Shown here in pieces: positions 1-9,358 of a stretch of 64,000 nucleotides of DNA. A program made the translations under genes and the position numbers. Each line of letters opens with the position of its first letter. The first letter of the stretch is position 1. A model generated the notes under the pieces. It saw nothing but the letters and a program-made list of their open reading frames with translations, was not told where the DNA came from and did no database searches. Source of the DNA: an uncultured Chloroflexia bacterium (GTDB lineage Bacteria; Chloroflexota; Limnocylindria; Limnocylindrales; CSP1-4). The stretch lies in assembly GCA_963813535.1 (NCBI GenBank), contig CAWEZH010000003.1:864001-928000 (forward strand). Direction: 5' to 3'.

Positions 1-2
1 CG

Positions 3-962
3 GGGACCGACCCCGCGATCCGCGACACGCTGACGTACCGGCCGGTCCAGCCCGACGAGCTGGGGGCGTGCGCCGATGTCTGGCGACTGTCGATCAACGA
101 CTACATCAGCCGCTTGAACCAGCCGCAGGTCGAACCCGAGAGCGGACCGCTGGTTCGCTTGTACGCGCACTTGCACTCGACCGACCCTGACCGGTTCATC
201 GTCGCGACGCGGCCCGACCCGGACGCGCCCGGCGGGGCGCGGATCGTGGCATTCGCCACGGCCGTCGTGCGGGAGCGCCTGTGGTACCTGTCGATGTGCT
301 TCGTGCTGCCCGAGGTGCAGGGCAACGGAGTCGGCCGGGCCCTCCTCGATCAGACCGCCCCGCCCGACGACGCTGACACGGTCCGGGCGACCGGCACCGA
401 CAGTGCCCAGCCGATCAGCAATGCGCTGTATGCCTCGCTCGGGATCGTCCCCCGCGTCCCGCTGCTGAACCTGATCGGGCTCCCGAGCCGGCCCGAGGCG
501 TTCGGGTCGCTCCCCAGTGGCGTTCGGGCCGTGGCGTTCGATCGGATCGCGACCGACGGCCACGAGCGGCTCGTCGGCATCGTCGACGCCCTCGACCAGG
601 AGACACTCGGGGTGCGCCACCCGGTCGACCACCGCTACCTGCGCTCCGAGGGGCGCCGCGGCTGGGTCTACCAGGCACCCGATGGCGCGCCACTCGGCTA
701 CGGCTATGCGACCGAGGCGGGTCGCGTGGGGCCGGTCGCGAGTCGCGATCCCGACCTACTCGCCCCGATCGTCGGACACCTCACGCAGGAGGTCATCCCC
801 CGCGGGGCGTTCGCCGTGTGGGTGCCAGGGAACGCCGACCGTGTCGTGATCGGTGCGCTCCAGGCGGGCTTCCGGCTCGAACCGTTCCCGGTCCTGCTGT
901 GCTGGGACCGACCGATGATCGACCTGTCGCGCTACCTTCCGATCTCCCCCGGACTCCTCTAG
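3..962 (+). CDS. GNAT-family N-acetyltransferase, 5' end outside window
   Basis: Frame is open from the window start (…LTYRPVQPDELGACADVW…). Acetyl-CoA motif A-like FVLPEVQGNGVGRALL and LYASLG are present. Confidence 0.75.
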   Translation, partial: GTDPAIRDTLTYRPVQPDELGACADVWRLSINDYISRLNQPQVEPESGPLVRLYAHLHSTDPDRFIVATRPDPDAPGGARIVAFATAVVRERLWYLSMCFVLPEVQGNGVGRALLDQTAPPDDADTVRATGTDSAQPISNALYASLGIVPRVPLLNLIGLPSRPEAFGSLPSGVRAVAFDRIATDGHERLVGIVDALDQETLGVRHPVDHRYLRSEGRRGWVYQAPDGAPLGYGYATEAGRVGPVASRDPDLLAPIVGHLTQEVIPRGAFAVWVPGNADRVVIGALQAGFRLEPFPVLLCWDRPMIDLSRYLPISPGLL

Positions 963-1140
963 ACCCGCCCGGACCGGACCATCGTCCGGGGGTCGGTAGT
1001 CCCCCGGTCACGTTTGCCCACCCGGGGGGCCGGTGATAGCCTCGGGCCCGACGTGGTTCCCGCTGCAGTGCCCGCGGTCGGACCGGACCGAAGAACGTGG
1101 CGAGCGTGATCGCCACCTGCTCCCGCCCGCGGAGACGCCC

Positions 1141-1917
1141 GTGACCATCGCCCCAGCGCCGTCGGCGGCGCGCTCGCTCCGCCGTCGCATCCTCGAACGC
1201 GGCCGCGATCAGGCCATCCCGGATCGGGCCGTGCTCATCCTGCACGACGTCACCAAGCAGTACCCCAACGGCAAGATCGCCCTGCGCGACGTCGACCTCG
1301 TCATCCCCGAGGGCGACTTCGTGTTCCTGGTCGGGCCGTCTGGCGCGGGCAAGTCGACACTGATCAAGCTGCTGATCCGCGACGAGGTGGCCAGTCGCGG
1401 CGAGGTCGTGCTCGATGGCCAGGATCTGGCGCGCCTGCCGCGCCGCCAGGTGCCCCGGATGCGACGCAAGATCGGGATCATCTTCCAGGACTTCAAGCTC
1501 CTGCCAACCAAGACGGTCTGGGAGAACGTGGCGTTCGCGCTCGAGGTCACCGGCTACCCTCGACGGCTCATCCGGCCCGCCGTGGACCGCGTCCTGGCCA
1601 TCGTCGGGCTCACCGCGCAGGCCAGGCAGACGCCGGCCCAGCTGTCGGGTGGCGAGCAGCAGCGCACGGCCATCGCCCGCGCGCTCGTCCACGACCCACG
1701 GCTGATCATCGCCGACGAGCCGACCGGCAACCTCGATCCGCTCATCAGCTGGGAGATCCTGCAGCTGCTGCTGCGTATCAACGAGCTGGGCGTCACGGTG
1801 CTGATGGCGACCCACAACGCCGAGGTCGTCACGGCCCTCCGCAAGCGTGTCGTCGCGCTGGAGGAGGGTCGGATCATCCGCGACGAGGTCGGTGGCGCAT
1901 ACCACCGCGAGGACTGA
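1141..1917 (+). CDS. ftsE: Cell division ATP-binding protein FtsE
   Basis: Walker A GPSGAGKS, IFQDFKLL, LSGGEQQR, ADEPTGNLD, ATH. GTG start after GGAGA; lies upstream of ftsX. Confidence 0.92.
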   Translation: MTIAPAPSAARSLRRRILERGRDQAIPDRAVLILHDVTKQYPNGKIALRDVDLVIPEGDFVFLVGPSGAGKSTLIKLLIRDEVASRGEVVLDGQDLARLPRRQVPRMRRKIGIIFQDFKLLPTKTVWENVAFALEVTGYPRRLIRPAVDRVLAIVGLTAQARQTPAQLSGGEQQRTAIARALVHDPRLIIADEPTGNLDPLISWEILQLLLRINELGVTVLMATHNAEVVTALRKRVVALEEGRIIRDEVGGAYHRED

Positions 1918-1923
1918 CCGACC

Positions 1924-2814
1924 GTGCCGGCCTTTCTGTACTTCAGCCTCAAGCGCGCCTGGCAGGGCTTCTGGCGCAACGCCGTCATGAGCCTCGCGGC
2001 GACCGCGACGATGGTGCTGATGCTGCTCCTGCTGGCCGGGTTCTGGATCATCCAGACGGGACTGCTGGCCGGCCTCGAGTTCACCGAGCAGAAGGTCGAG
2101 GTCGTGGCCTACCTCCAGCCCAACGCCACGCAGTCGCAGATCGACGCCCTGGCCGCCGAGATCGGCCGGCGCTCCGACGTTGCGTCGGTCGAGGTCGTCA
2201 CTCGCGACCGGGCGCTCGAGCGGTTCCGCGAGCAGATGGAGGCGCAAGGGCGGTCCGACCTGACCCAGCAGCTCGAAAGCAACCCGCTCTACGCCAGCGT
2301 CGAGGTGAAGCTGAAGGACCCGTCCGCCCTCAAGAAGGTCGGCGACGCACTCGCTCCGTCCGAGCATCCGATCGTGCGCAACGTCATCAACATCGAGGAC
2401 CTGGTCGACCGGCTGTTGACGGTCACCGAGGTCCTGCGCACGGTCGGCACCGCGATCCTCATCGGCGTCGGGCTGATCGCGCTCTTCATCATCATCAATG
2501 CGATCCGCCTCGCCGTCGTCGCCCGGGCCGAGGAGATCGAGATCATGCGCCTGGTCGGCGCGTCCGACGCGTTCATCCGCTGGCCGTTCGTCTTCGAGGG
2601 CGCGTTCGTCGGTTTCCTCGGCGCAGCGGTCACGCTGGCCATCCTGTTCGCGGCGGCCGAGCCACTCAATGGCTTCATGGTCGAGTTCTTCCGGGTGCTG
2701 CCGCTGCAGATCGGATCGTTGACTCGCGACCTCGTGACGCTGGTGATGGGCGCGGGGGTGGGGCTCGGCATCCTGGGCTCGTGGGTGTCGGTCCGAACCT
2801 ACCTGATCCGCTAG
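1924..2814 (+). CDS. ftsX: Cell division permease FtsX
   Basis: Four TM segments with a large extracellular loop; EEIEIMRLVGASDAFIRWPF motif. Confidence 0.93.
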   Translation: MPAFLYFSLKRAWQGFWRNAVMSLAATATMVLMLLLLAGFWIIQTGLLAGLEFTEQKVEVVAYLQPNATQSQIDALAAEIGRRSDVASVEVVTRDRALERFREQMEAQGRSDLTQQLESNPLYASVEVKLKDPSALKKVGDALAPSEHPIVRNVINIEDLVDRLLTVTEVLRTVGTAILIGVGLIALFIIINAIRLAVVARAEEIEIMRLVGASDAFIRWPFVFEGAFVGFLGAAVTLAILFAAAEPLNGFMVEFFRVLPLQIGSLTRDLVTLVMGAGVGLGILGSWVSVRTYLIR

Positions 2815-2965
2815 CCCCAGGTGGCCGTCGACCCGCCGTGGGTCGCCCCCTTCGGCCGTACCTTCGGACACTGGGACCCGTTTCGCGACCCGGTGTACAT
2901 TCACCTCCTCAGTCGCGCCCGTCATCCATCATCTGCTCGACTCGAGGGGGAATCCGCATACCGCC

Positions 2966-4297
2966 ATGCACGCTACGGAGCTCGATCCACCAGATCGGCA
3001 GGCGGTCTCCGTCGCGCCGGTCGAGGGCACGCTGACCACCTCTCGCCGGTCGCGCGCACCGATCATCACGGTCGCCGTGTCCGTGATCGCGCTGCTGTCG
3101 GGCAGCGCGTTGTTCCTGAGCGGCTATTCCATGGGCCGTCAGAGCGCCGTCGAACCGGGCACGCCGGGCGACGAGGGGATGGCATTCCAGCCGTTCTGGG
3201 ACACCTACCACACCATCCAGGACCGCTACGCCGGTAGCGAGGTCGACCGCGGCGTCGTCGTCCAGGGCGCCATCCGCGGGATGATCGACTCGCTCGAGGA
3301 CCCGTACTCGTCCTACCTGACCTCCGACCAGTACCGCTCCAGCCTGCAGGGCATCAGTGGTCGGTTCGAGGGGATCGGCGCCGAGATCGCCACGCAGGCG
3401 TCCGACGGGACGCAGGGCTGCGCGACACTCGGCCCGACATGCCGGCTGGTGATCATCGCGCCGATCGGCGGCTCGCCGGCGGAGAAGGCCGGGATCCTGC
3501 CGGGCGACCTCGTCCTCGCCACCGACGGCGTCCCGCTCGATGGCCTGACCGTCGATGCGGCCCGTGAACGGATGCGCGGCCCCAAGGACACATCGGTCGA
3601 GCTATCCATCAAGCGCGGGGGAGACGACCCGTTCAAGCTCCGCGTCGTCCGCGACGTCATCCAAGAGCGCGAAGTCGAATTGCGCGAGCTGGTCGACGGG
3701 CGGGTCGGCTATCTCCACCTGGAAGGCTTCTCGGACCAGGCCGCCGCGGACCTCGCCACCGCCGTCAAGGCGCATGTGGACGCCGGCCGGCGGATGCTCA
3801 TCCTCGACCTGCGCGGCAACCCTGGCGGCTACGTGACCGCGGCACGCGCCGTCGCCAGCCAGTTCATCGCCTCCGGGCCGATCTTCTGGGAGCAGGACGC
3901 GAAGGGCGGCCGGATCGCGACCGAGGCGATCCCCGGCGGCTACGCGACGGATCCGGCGATCCGCGTCGTCTGCCTGATCGACCGTGGCAGCGCCTCGGCG
4001 AGTGAGATCGTCGCGGCGGCACTCCAGGACAGCGGCCGGGCGACGCTCGTCGGGCAGCGCTCGTTCGGGAAGGGCACCGTCCAGCAGTGGCAGGAGCTCG
4101 CCGGCGAAGGCGGGGCATTCCGGTTGACCATCGCGAAATGGCTGACCCCGGACACGCGCTGGATCCACAACATCGGGATCGAGCCGGACGTCACCGTCGA
4201 GGTGCCGGCGACGCTCGGTCCGGGCGAGGATCCGATCCTCGCCGAGGCGCTCGACGTGGTCGGCGCCGGCGAGCGACTGCCGGTCGGGGGGCCGTGA
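2966..4297 (+). CDS. ctpA: S41 family C-terminal processing protease with PDZ domain
   Basis: N-terminal TM, DPYSSY, FEGIGA, ILDLRGNPGG, SASASE (catalytic Ser), SFGKGTVQ (catalytic Lys). Confidence 0.9.
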   Translation: MHATELDPPDRQAVSVAPVEGTLTTSRRSRAPIITVAVSVIALLSGSALFLSGYSMGRQSAVEPGTPGDEGMAFQPFWDTYHTIQDRYAGSEVDRGVVVQGAIRGMIDSLEDPYSSYLTSDQYRSSLQGISGRFEGIGAEIATQASDGTQGCATLGPTCRLVIIAPIGGSPAEKAGILPGDLVLATDGVPLDGLTVDAARERMRGPKDTSVELSIKRGGDDPFKLRVVRDVIQEREVELRELVDGRVGYLHLEGFSDQAAADLATAVKAHVDAGRRMLILDLRGNPGGYVTAARAVASQFIASGPIFWEQDAKGGRIATEAIPGGYATDPAIRVVCLIDRGSASASEIVAAALQDSGRATLVGQRSFGKGTVQQWQELAGEGGAFRLTIAKWLTPDTRWIHNIGIEPDVTVEVPATLGPGEDPILAEALDVVGAGERLPVGGP

Positions 4298-4339
4298 CCC
4301 ACGGCGTCACATGGCGTTCGTCCCGCCTTGACGGTGTCC

Positions 4340-4368
4340 TTGCACTCACGACATGGTTCGGGTACGGT
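4340..4368 (+). promoter_or_regulatory. Putative housekeeping sigma promoter TTGCAC-N17-TACGGT
   Basis: 17 bp spacer, directly upstream of an unusually strong SD. Confidence 0.55.
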
Positions 4369-4396
4369 TTCTTCGAACGAAAGGAGGTGATGTGCA

Positions 4397-4447
4397 GTGA
4401 TCGACAGTACGCGTAGCTGCACCACCTCGCAGGAGATGGCCGTCTAG
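4397..4447 (+). CDS. Putative 16-aa small ORF MIDSTRSCTTSQEMAV, or a structured small RNA
   Basis: GAAAGGAGGTGAT SD upstream of GTG 4397; TAG at 4445; flanked by a promoter and a hairpin. Confidence 0.45.
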   Translation: MIDSTRSCTTSQEMAV

Positions 4448-4476
4448 TCGGACACCCTGTGGGTGGGTAAGCAACT

Positions 4477-4507
4477 CGAGCGCCGGTCCGCATAGGACCG
4501 GCGTTCG
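4477..4507 (+). terminator. GC-rich 13-bp stem-loop (possible terminator)
   Basis: CGAGCGCCGGTCC-GCATA-GGACCGGCGTTCG; no clear U tract. Confidence 0.5.
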
Positions 4508-4552
4508 TGCGCACGGGACCTATCCTTCCGCCACGTCCGACAGGAGCCATCC

Positions 4553-5017
4553 ATGCGCGACGATTCGACCGTCGCCCTCAACCGAAAAGCGCGCCACGAG
4601 TTCACCATCGACGAGACGTTCGAGGCCGGGCTCGTGCTGACCGGCACCGAGATCAAGTCGGTCCGTGCGGGCAAGGTGAACATCGCCGGCGCATACGCCC
4701 GCATCGAGAAGGGTGAGGCGTGGCTGATCGGCGCCGACATCGCGCCGTTCGAGCAGGGCAATCGCTACAACCACGAGCCGAAGCGCAACCGGAAGCTGCT
4801 CCTGCATCGGCGCGAGATCGACGAGCTCCTGGGCCGCGCCCAGCAGAAGGGCCAGACGATCGTGCCGTTGCGGCTCTACCTGAGCCGAGGCAAGGCCAAG
4901 ATCGAGCTCGGTCTCGCGCGCGGGAAGCAGCTCCACGACCGGCGTCGCGACATCGCCGACCGTGACGCGAAGCGCGACATCGCCCGGGAGCTCGCCGACG
5001 TCCAGCGCGGTCGCTGA
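4553..5017 (+). CDS. smpB: SsrA-binding protein SmpB
   Basis: NRKARHEF, EAGLVLTGTEIKSVR, RKLLLH, GKQLHDRR. Confidence 0.97.
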   Translation: MRDDSTVALNRKARHEFTIDETFEAGLVLTGTEIKSVRAGKVNIAGAYARIEKGEAWLIGADIAPFEQGNRYNHEPKRNRKLLLHRREIDELLGRAQQKGQTIVPLRLYLSRGKAKIELGLARGKQLHDRRRDIADRDAKRDIARELADVQRGR

Positions 5018-5023
5018 ACCCGC

Positions 5024-6688
5024 TCAGCGGAGCAGGTAGCGACGACTCAGCGGGACCTCGGCGACCGGGGCCACCGCGAGCGGTCGCCCGTCCAGCGTGA
5101 CCGCGCCGTCGGTCGTGTCCACATCGATCGCCGCGGTCGCCCGATTGCGGACGAGCGACGCCCGCGTCAACCCACGCGTGTCTCGAACGGGGATCAGGGC
5201 ACGTCCGTGACGACGCAGCTCGGGTGAGCCGGTCGCCGAGCGCGACACGAAGGTCGCGGAGAGGGACGCGGCAGCCCGCGGCCGACCGCCCCAGTCCGGT
5301 CGATAGCGCGTCGGTTCCGACCGTTCGACCGTCGCGTTTCCCTCGCCGAGCGGCGCCCACGCGACCATACCGCCCTTGAGTACGAGGGCGGGTTTCACGC
5401 CGACGTAGGCGGGCTCCCACAGGGCGATGTCGGCCATCCGGCCCGCCTGGAGGGAGCCGACGTGGTCGGCGATCCCGTGCGTGATGGCCGGCTCGACCGT
5501 CACCTTGGCCAGGTAGCGCAGCACGCGCTCGGTAGCGTCGAACGGATCCGCCGCCGGCACCGTGCCTGACCATCCGCCCATCACGTGCGCAAGCTGGAGC
5601 GTCCGCCGGACCGTCTCCATCATCCGGCCCATGCCCTGCGAGTCGGAGTTGACGATGGCGATCGCGCCGAGCTCGTGGAGCGGGCCCTCGGCAGCCATGG
5701 TCGCCGGGTGGACGCGCTCGCGGACGAGCGCGACGTCCTCGGCGACACCATAGGACGCGCCATGGTTGAGCACGATCATCGGGACCTGTTCGGCGGCGGC
5801 ACTCACGCCGAACGGCACGGTCGGGGTCGTCGACGAGCAGATCACGTTCGGCTCGCGGACCAGGCCGATGACGTCGGGCACGTGGCCGCCCCCGCTTCCC
5901 TCGACATGGTAGGCATGGACGGTCCGTCCCGCGATCGCCGCCACCGTGTCCTCGAGCTCGGCGCTCTCGTGCAACCCGTCCGTGTGGAGCGACACGGACA
6001 CGTCGTGGGCGTCGGCGAATCGTAGGACATGATCGATGAGCTCCGGGTAGGCGCCGTAGTCCTCGTGGATCTTGAAACCGCAGGCGCCGGCGTCGAGCAG
6101 CGCCTCGAGCGGCCCGTCGTCCTCGGCGCGAGCGCATGCCTGGAGTCCGAGGTTGACCGGCCAGTCGCTGACCCCGGCCAAGGTCCGCGCCATCGCCCAC
6201 GGCGGTTCCTCGAAGCCCGCCGTGATCAACGTCGTCACGCCGGCGGACAGGGCGGCAGGCAGCAGTTCCGGCGAGATGAGGTGGACGTGGCTGTCGATGG
6301 CGCCCGGCGTGGCGATGAGCCCGTAGCCCATGATCGGCATGGTGTGCGGCCCGATCCGCAGGTCGATACCCTCGCTCAGCGTGTCGCTACCGGCCCGGCC
6401 CACGCCGACGATGCGCCCGTCCTTGATGCCGATGTCCGCCTTCACGACGCCGATGACCGGGTCGACGACGACGACACCCGCGACCAGCACGTCGAGCTCC
6501 GAATCGGACGCCCTGCCCTGGGTCGCGCGCGGGCGGATGGTCTTGGCGTACCCCCAGATCGGCTCATCGCCGTGGGCCTGGCGGTCCTCCGCCACGCGGA
6601 CCCAGAGGTCGGTGTCGCCGATACGGATCCGGTCGTCGACCGTCGGACCGTAGCGCGCGAGGCGCTCGGCTGGCGAGAGCGAGGTCAA
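5024..6688 (-). CDS. ureC: Divergent urease alpha subunit-like amidohydrolase
   Basis: YGPTVDDRIRIGDTDL, DSHVH, GFKIHED, LHTD, YHVEGSGGGH, SDSQGMGR. TTG start overlaps the upstream stop (TTGA). Confidence 0.82.
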   Translation of the reverse strand: MTSLSPAERLARYGPTVDDRIRIGDTDLWVRVAEDRQAHGDEPIWGYAKTIRPRATQGRASDSELDVLVAGVVVVDPVIGVVKADIGIKDGRIVGVGRAGSDTLSEGIDLRIGPHTMPIMGYGLIATPGAIDSHVHLISPELLPAALSAGVTTLITAGFEEPPWAMARTLAGVSDWPVNLGLQACARAEDDGPLEALLDAGACGFKIHEDYGAYPELIDHVLRFADAHDVSVSLHTDGLHESAELEDTVAAIAGRTVHAYHVEGSGGGHVPDVIGLVREPNVICSSTTPTVPFGVSAAAEQVPMIVLNHGASYGVAEDVALVRERVHPATMAAEGPLHELGAIAIVNSDSQGMGRMMETVRRTLQLAHVMGGWSGTVPAADPFDATERVLRYLAKVTVEPAITHGIADHVGSLQAGRMADIALWEPAYVGVKPALVLKGGMVAWAPLGEGNATVERSEPTRYRPDWGGRPRAAASLSATFVSRSATGSPELRRHGRALIPVRDTRGLTRASLVRNRATAAIDVDTTDGAVTLDGRPLAVAPVAEVPLSRRYLLR

Positions 6689-7251
6689 CGGGTGCGCACC
6701 AGGCGAACGGTCCGCGTTTCGCCGGGTGCCCAACGCTCGGTCGAGCCAGCGTCGATGTCGAGGTGGCAGCCCATCGCCCTGACGCGATCGAACTCCAACC
6801 GTGGATTCACGCGTTCGAATGGGTAGTGGCTCGAGACGCGCACGACCCGTCGCGACGCATTCCGGACCTCGAGGTCGAGCCGCTCGCGGCCATCGGCGTC
6901 GTCGGTCCCGGGAGCTTGGCGGATGGCACCCGGGGCATCATCGTCGGATGGACCGAGCGGTGCGAGCAGATGCACGAGCCTGCTGCCGTCATCCATCAGC
7001 ACTTCGAGGCGGACCTCCGAAATCAGGGCGGCCACGCCCGGAAGGACTTGCTCGTGGCCCACGGCGCCATACCCGGCCGCCTCGACCTCCTCGTAGGTCG
7101 CGCCCGCACGCGCCGCCTCGAGCATCGCGTCGCAGATCAGCGCGATCGCCTCCGGGGCGTTGAGGAGGAGGCCACGATCCCTGTGGCGCCGCGCGAGTTC
7201 CGCCGCCGTGAAGATGAGGAGCCGCTCCTCCTCCCACGCCGTCAGTCTCAC
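6685..7251 (-). CDS. ureAB: Fused urease gamma/beta subunit-like protein
   Basis: VRLTAWEEERLLIFTAAELA (gamma) and VSSHYPFERVNPRLEFDR…LDIDAGSTERWAPG (beta). GTG start overlaps the upstream stop (GTGA). Confidence 0.82.
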   Translation of the reverse strand: MRLTAWEEERLLIFTAAELARRHRDRGLLLNAPEAIALICDAMLEAARAGATYEEVEAAGYGAVGHEQVLPGVAALISEVRLEVLMDDGSRLVHLLAPLGPSDDDAPGAIRQAPGTDDADGRERLDLEVRNASRRVVRVSSHYPFERVNPRLEFDRVRAMGCHLDIDAGSTERWAPGETRTVRLVRTR

Positions 7252-8039
7252 GAGCCGGGTGTCGCCTCCGGTGTCGCGGGATCGCTCGCGATCGCCGGCC
7301 CGTCGTCCGGCCGGCGTCGAGCCAGCCAGAGGATCAGCAGGTTGAGCAGCGCGACGTAGCCCACGATGGCCAGCAGGGCGCCCGCCCCGAGCCACAGGAT
7401 GCCATCGACGCGCCCGTGCACGTCGGCGATGCGAAGCCGAAGATCGTCGACCGCGGCGCGCAGCGAGCGCGCCGTCTCGACCGACCGCGTCGCCGCGTCG
7501 CGCAGCGTCGTCGCCGCCGCGGTGACGTCTCCGGCCGTCGCGCGGGCAGCGCCACGCAGGGCCGTCAGTGCCCCATCGATGGCGACGAGCCGTTCGTTCG
7601 CCGTCGCGAGAGCGTCTGGTACCCCGGTGGGGGCCTCCATGCCGGGTATCAACCGCGCAGCGCCCTGCACGCTTTCCAGGGCCGACGATGCCCGCTCGCG
7701 TGCCGCGACGAACCGATCGCGAGCGATCGCGTAGGCGTCGACGACCGTCGAGATGCGGGCCGCCACCGCTGCCGGGATGGGCTGTGCCGCCGCCAGGACG
7801 CCCGACTCCGCGACCAGCTCGTCGAGCCGGCCGACGCCTTCGGACAGACGCGCGGATGCGTCGTCGACCGTGGCGAGTCCGTTGCCGATCGAGGTGTCGG
7901 CGGCCACGAACACGTCACCGACCGCGACCGCCACGAACGATCGTCCGAGGAGGATGGCGATGGCGAGCGCCAGGGACACGAGCAGCCCGGCGATCCCGAG
8001 CACCTGCAGCGATCTCGAGGTCCATCGTCCGAGCGCCAT
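7248..8039 (-). CDS. Hypothetical membrane protein (N- and C-terminal TM, Ala-rich helical middle)
   Basis: GGAGG RBS before ATG 8039; two hydrophobic stretches; stop overlaps the ureAB start. Confidence 0.6.
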   Translation of the reverse strand: MALGRWTSRSLQVLGIAGLLVSLALAIAILLGRSFVAVAVGDVFVAADTSIGNGLATVDDASARLSEGVGRLDELVAESGVLAAAQPIPAAVAARISTVVDAYAIARDRFVAARERASSALESVQGAARLIPGMEAPTGVPDALATANERLVAIDGALTALRGAARATAGDVTAAATTLRDAATRSVETARSLRAAVDDLRLRIADVHGRVDGILWLGAGALLAIVGYVALLNLLILWLARRRPDDGPAIASDPATPEATPGS

Positions 8040-8167
8040 CAGCCAACCCTCCGCCCCCGCGTCCATGGGAGGGTACCCCGGCGGACGCCCGAGCATGTCG
8101 TTGCCCCGGACCGACGGCACGGATCGGCCGTTGGTCCGGGGCAAGAGCGTTCGGCCCGTGCTAGTCG

Positions 8168-8737
8168 TCAGCCCGGCGTGTCGAGACCCTCCTGGAGGTA
8201 CGCCTCGACGTCGGCGGCCGAGATGTCACGATCGAAGGTCAGCTCCAGGATCCGATCCTCGCCCATGGCATCGGCCGGTCCGGTGGGTGCGGGCTGGATG
8301 AGCAGGAATCGATAGCCGGCACCAGCCGGATCGACGTACAGCGCGAGCCCGTTGTCGATCGGGAAATCCGACCAGCTGAGGCGCAGCGTGTGCGGGTCGA
8401 GGTTCTCGACCTGGACGCTCCCGGCGGACACCGAGACGCCCTCGCCCGGGCGACCGGACGCTGCCCGCTCGATGGTCGCAGACCGATCGACGATGTCGAC
8501 ATACACGTCCTGCCCGGACGTGCTGTCGAGCTCGACGCGGATCGGCATCGCGTCCGTGCCCGGATCCTCGATCTCCGGGCTGGGCACGGGCGTGGCCGGC
8601 GGCGGCGTCGCGGGTGCCGGGACGGACGTCGGGGCGGACGCGCCGACGCCGGCGCTGCATGCCGCGATGAGGGCGGCGATGACGACGGCGCCGACGACCG
8701 GTGCGAACCGGCGGCGGGCCGTGGCGGTGGTGGACAT
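8168..8737 (-). CDS. Hypothetical lipoprotein
   Basis: Signal peptide with lipobox LIAAC, followed by a Pro/Thr-rich linker; AAAGGG RBS. Confidence 0.65.
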   Translation of the reverse strand: MSTTATARRRFAPVVGAVVIAALIAACSAGVGASAPTSVPAPATPPPATPVPSPEIEDPGTDAMPIRVELDSTSGQDVYVDIVDRSATIERAASGRPGEGVSVSAGSVQVENLDPHTLRLSWSDFPIDNGLALYVDPAGAGYRFLLIQPAPTGPADAMGEDRILELTFDRDISAADVEAYLQEGLDTPG

Positions 8738-8890
8738 GGCGGATGGTCCCTTTCGTGGTCCTGGTGGCGGCCGTCTCGACCGCCTGCACACGGGATGAGG
8801 GACCACGAGCCCGATCCCTTCGAAGATCCTCCGGGGAACCATCTCTTCAGGACGTCCGTCCATCCGCCCCTACGTCATCCGACGCAGCCA

Positions 8891-8919
8891 TTGGCCTTCG
8901 AGGCCGCTCGTGCTAGGAT
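8891..8919 (+). promoter_or_regulatory. Putative ssrA promoter TTGGCC-N17-TAGGAT (extended -10)
   Basis: Canonical spacing, upstream of the tmRNA 5' end. Confidence 0.6.
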
Positions 8920-8952
8920 TGACGTTCAAACCGAACCGACGTTCGGTCCTGT

Positions 8953-9328
8953 GGGGATGCGTGGTTTCGACAGGGCTTGGTTGTCGGAGAGTGCGAGCCG
9001 AGGATGCTGCTCAGGCCTCGTTAATCAGGCAGCAAAACGAAGTACCTGGCAACCGCCAGTCGACTCTCGCCCTCGCCGCTTAGGCGGTAAGGTGAGCGTG
9101 GAAGCGACCTCCGTCCCGCGGGTCGTGGAAGCGTCATGCAGCGGGGCTGCGATCCGGATGAGCGTCGCGTAGTCCGGAGTCAAGCCCGATCTAGGGGCAC
9201 GTGACTGGACCGTCCGGCAGGGTGCCGATGTCCGTCCGGGCGGTCGACGACAAACCATCGGACACGCTCGTAGTGGTCTCCGACGAAGGGTCTTGGACGG
9301 GGAGTTCGACTCTCCCCCATCTCCACCA
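8953..9328 (+). ncRNA. ssrA: tmRNA; tag (A)GNRQSTLALAA at 9048-9083
   Basis: GGGGATG…CATCTCC-ACCA acceptor stem with G3:U, 5' TTCGAC, T-loop TTCGACT, and a tag ORF ending LAA-stop. Confidence 0.96.
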
Positions 9329-9335
9329 ATCTTCC

Positions 9336-9358
9336 GGCGTGATCTCAGGAATCACGCC
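9336..9358. terminator. Hairpin between convergent ssrA and MFS gene
   Basis: GGCGTGAT-CTCAGGA-ATCACGCC perfect 8-bp stem. Confidence 0.45.

Noticed and set aside
4379-4391. 16S rRNA fragment on the minus strand
   Set aside because: The match is limited to the anti-SD complement, with no other rRNA sequence around it.
5018-8952. Genomic island integrated at tmRNA
   Set aside because: The genes lie 5' of ssrA, and I saw no integrase or duplicated tmRNA 3' end.
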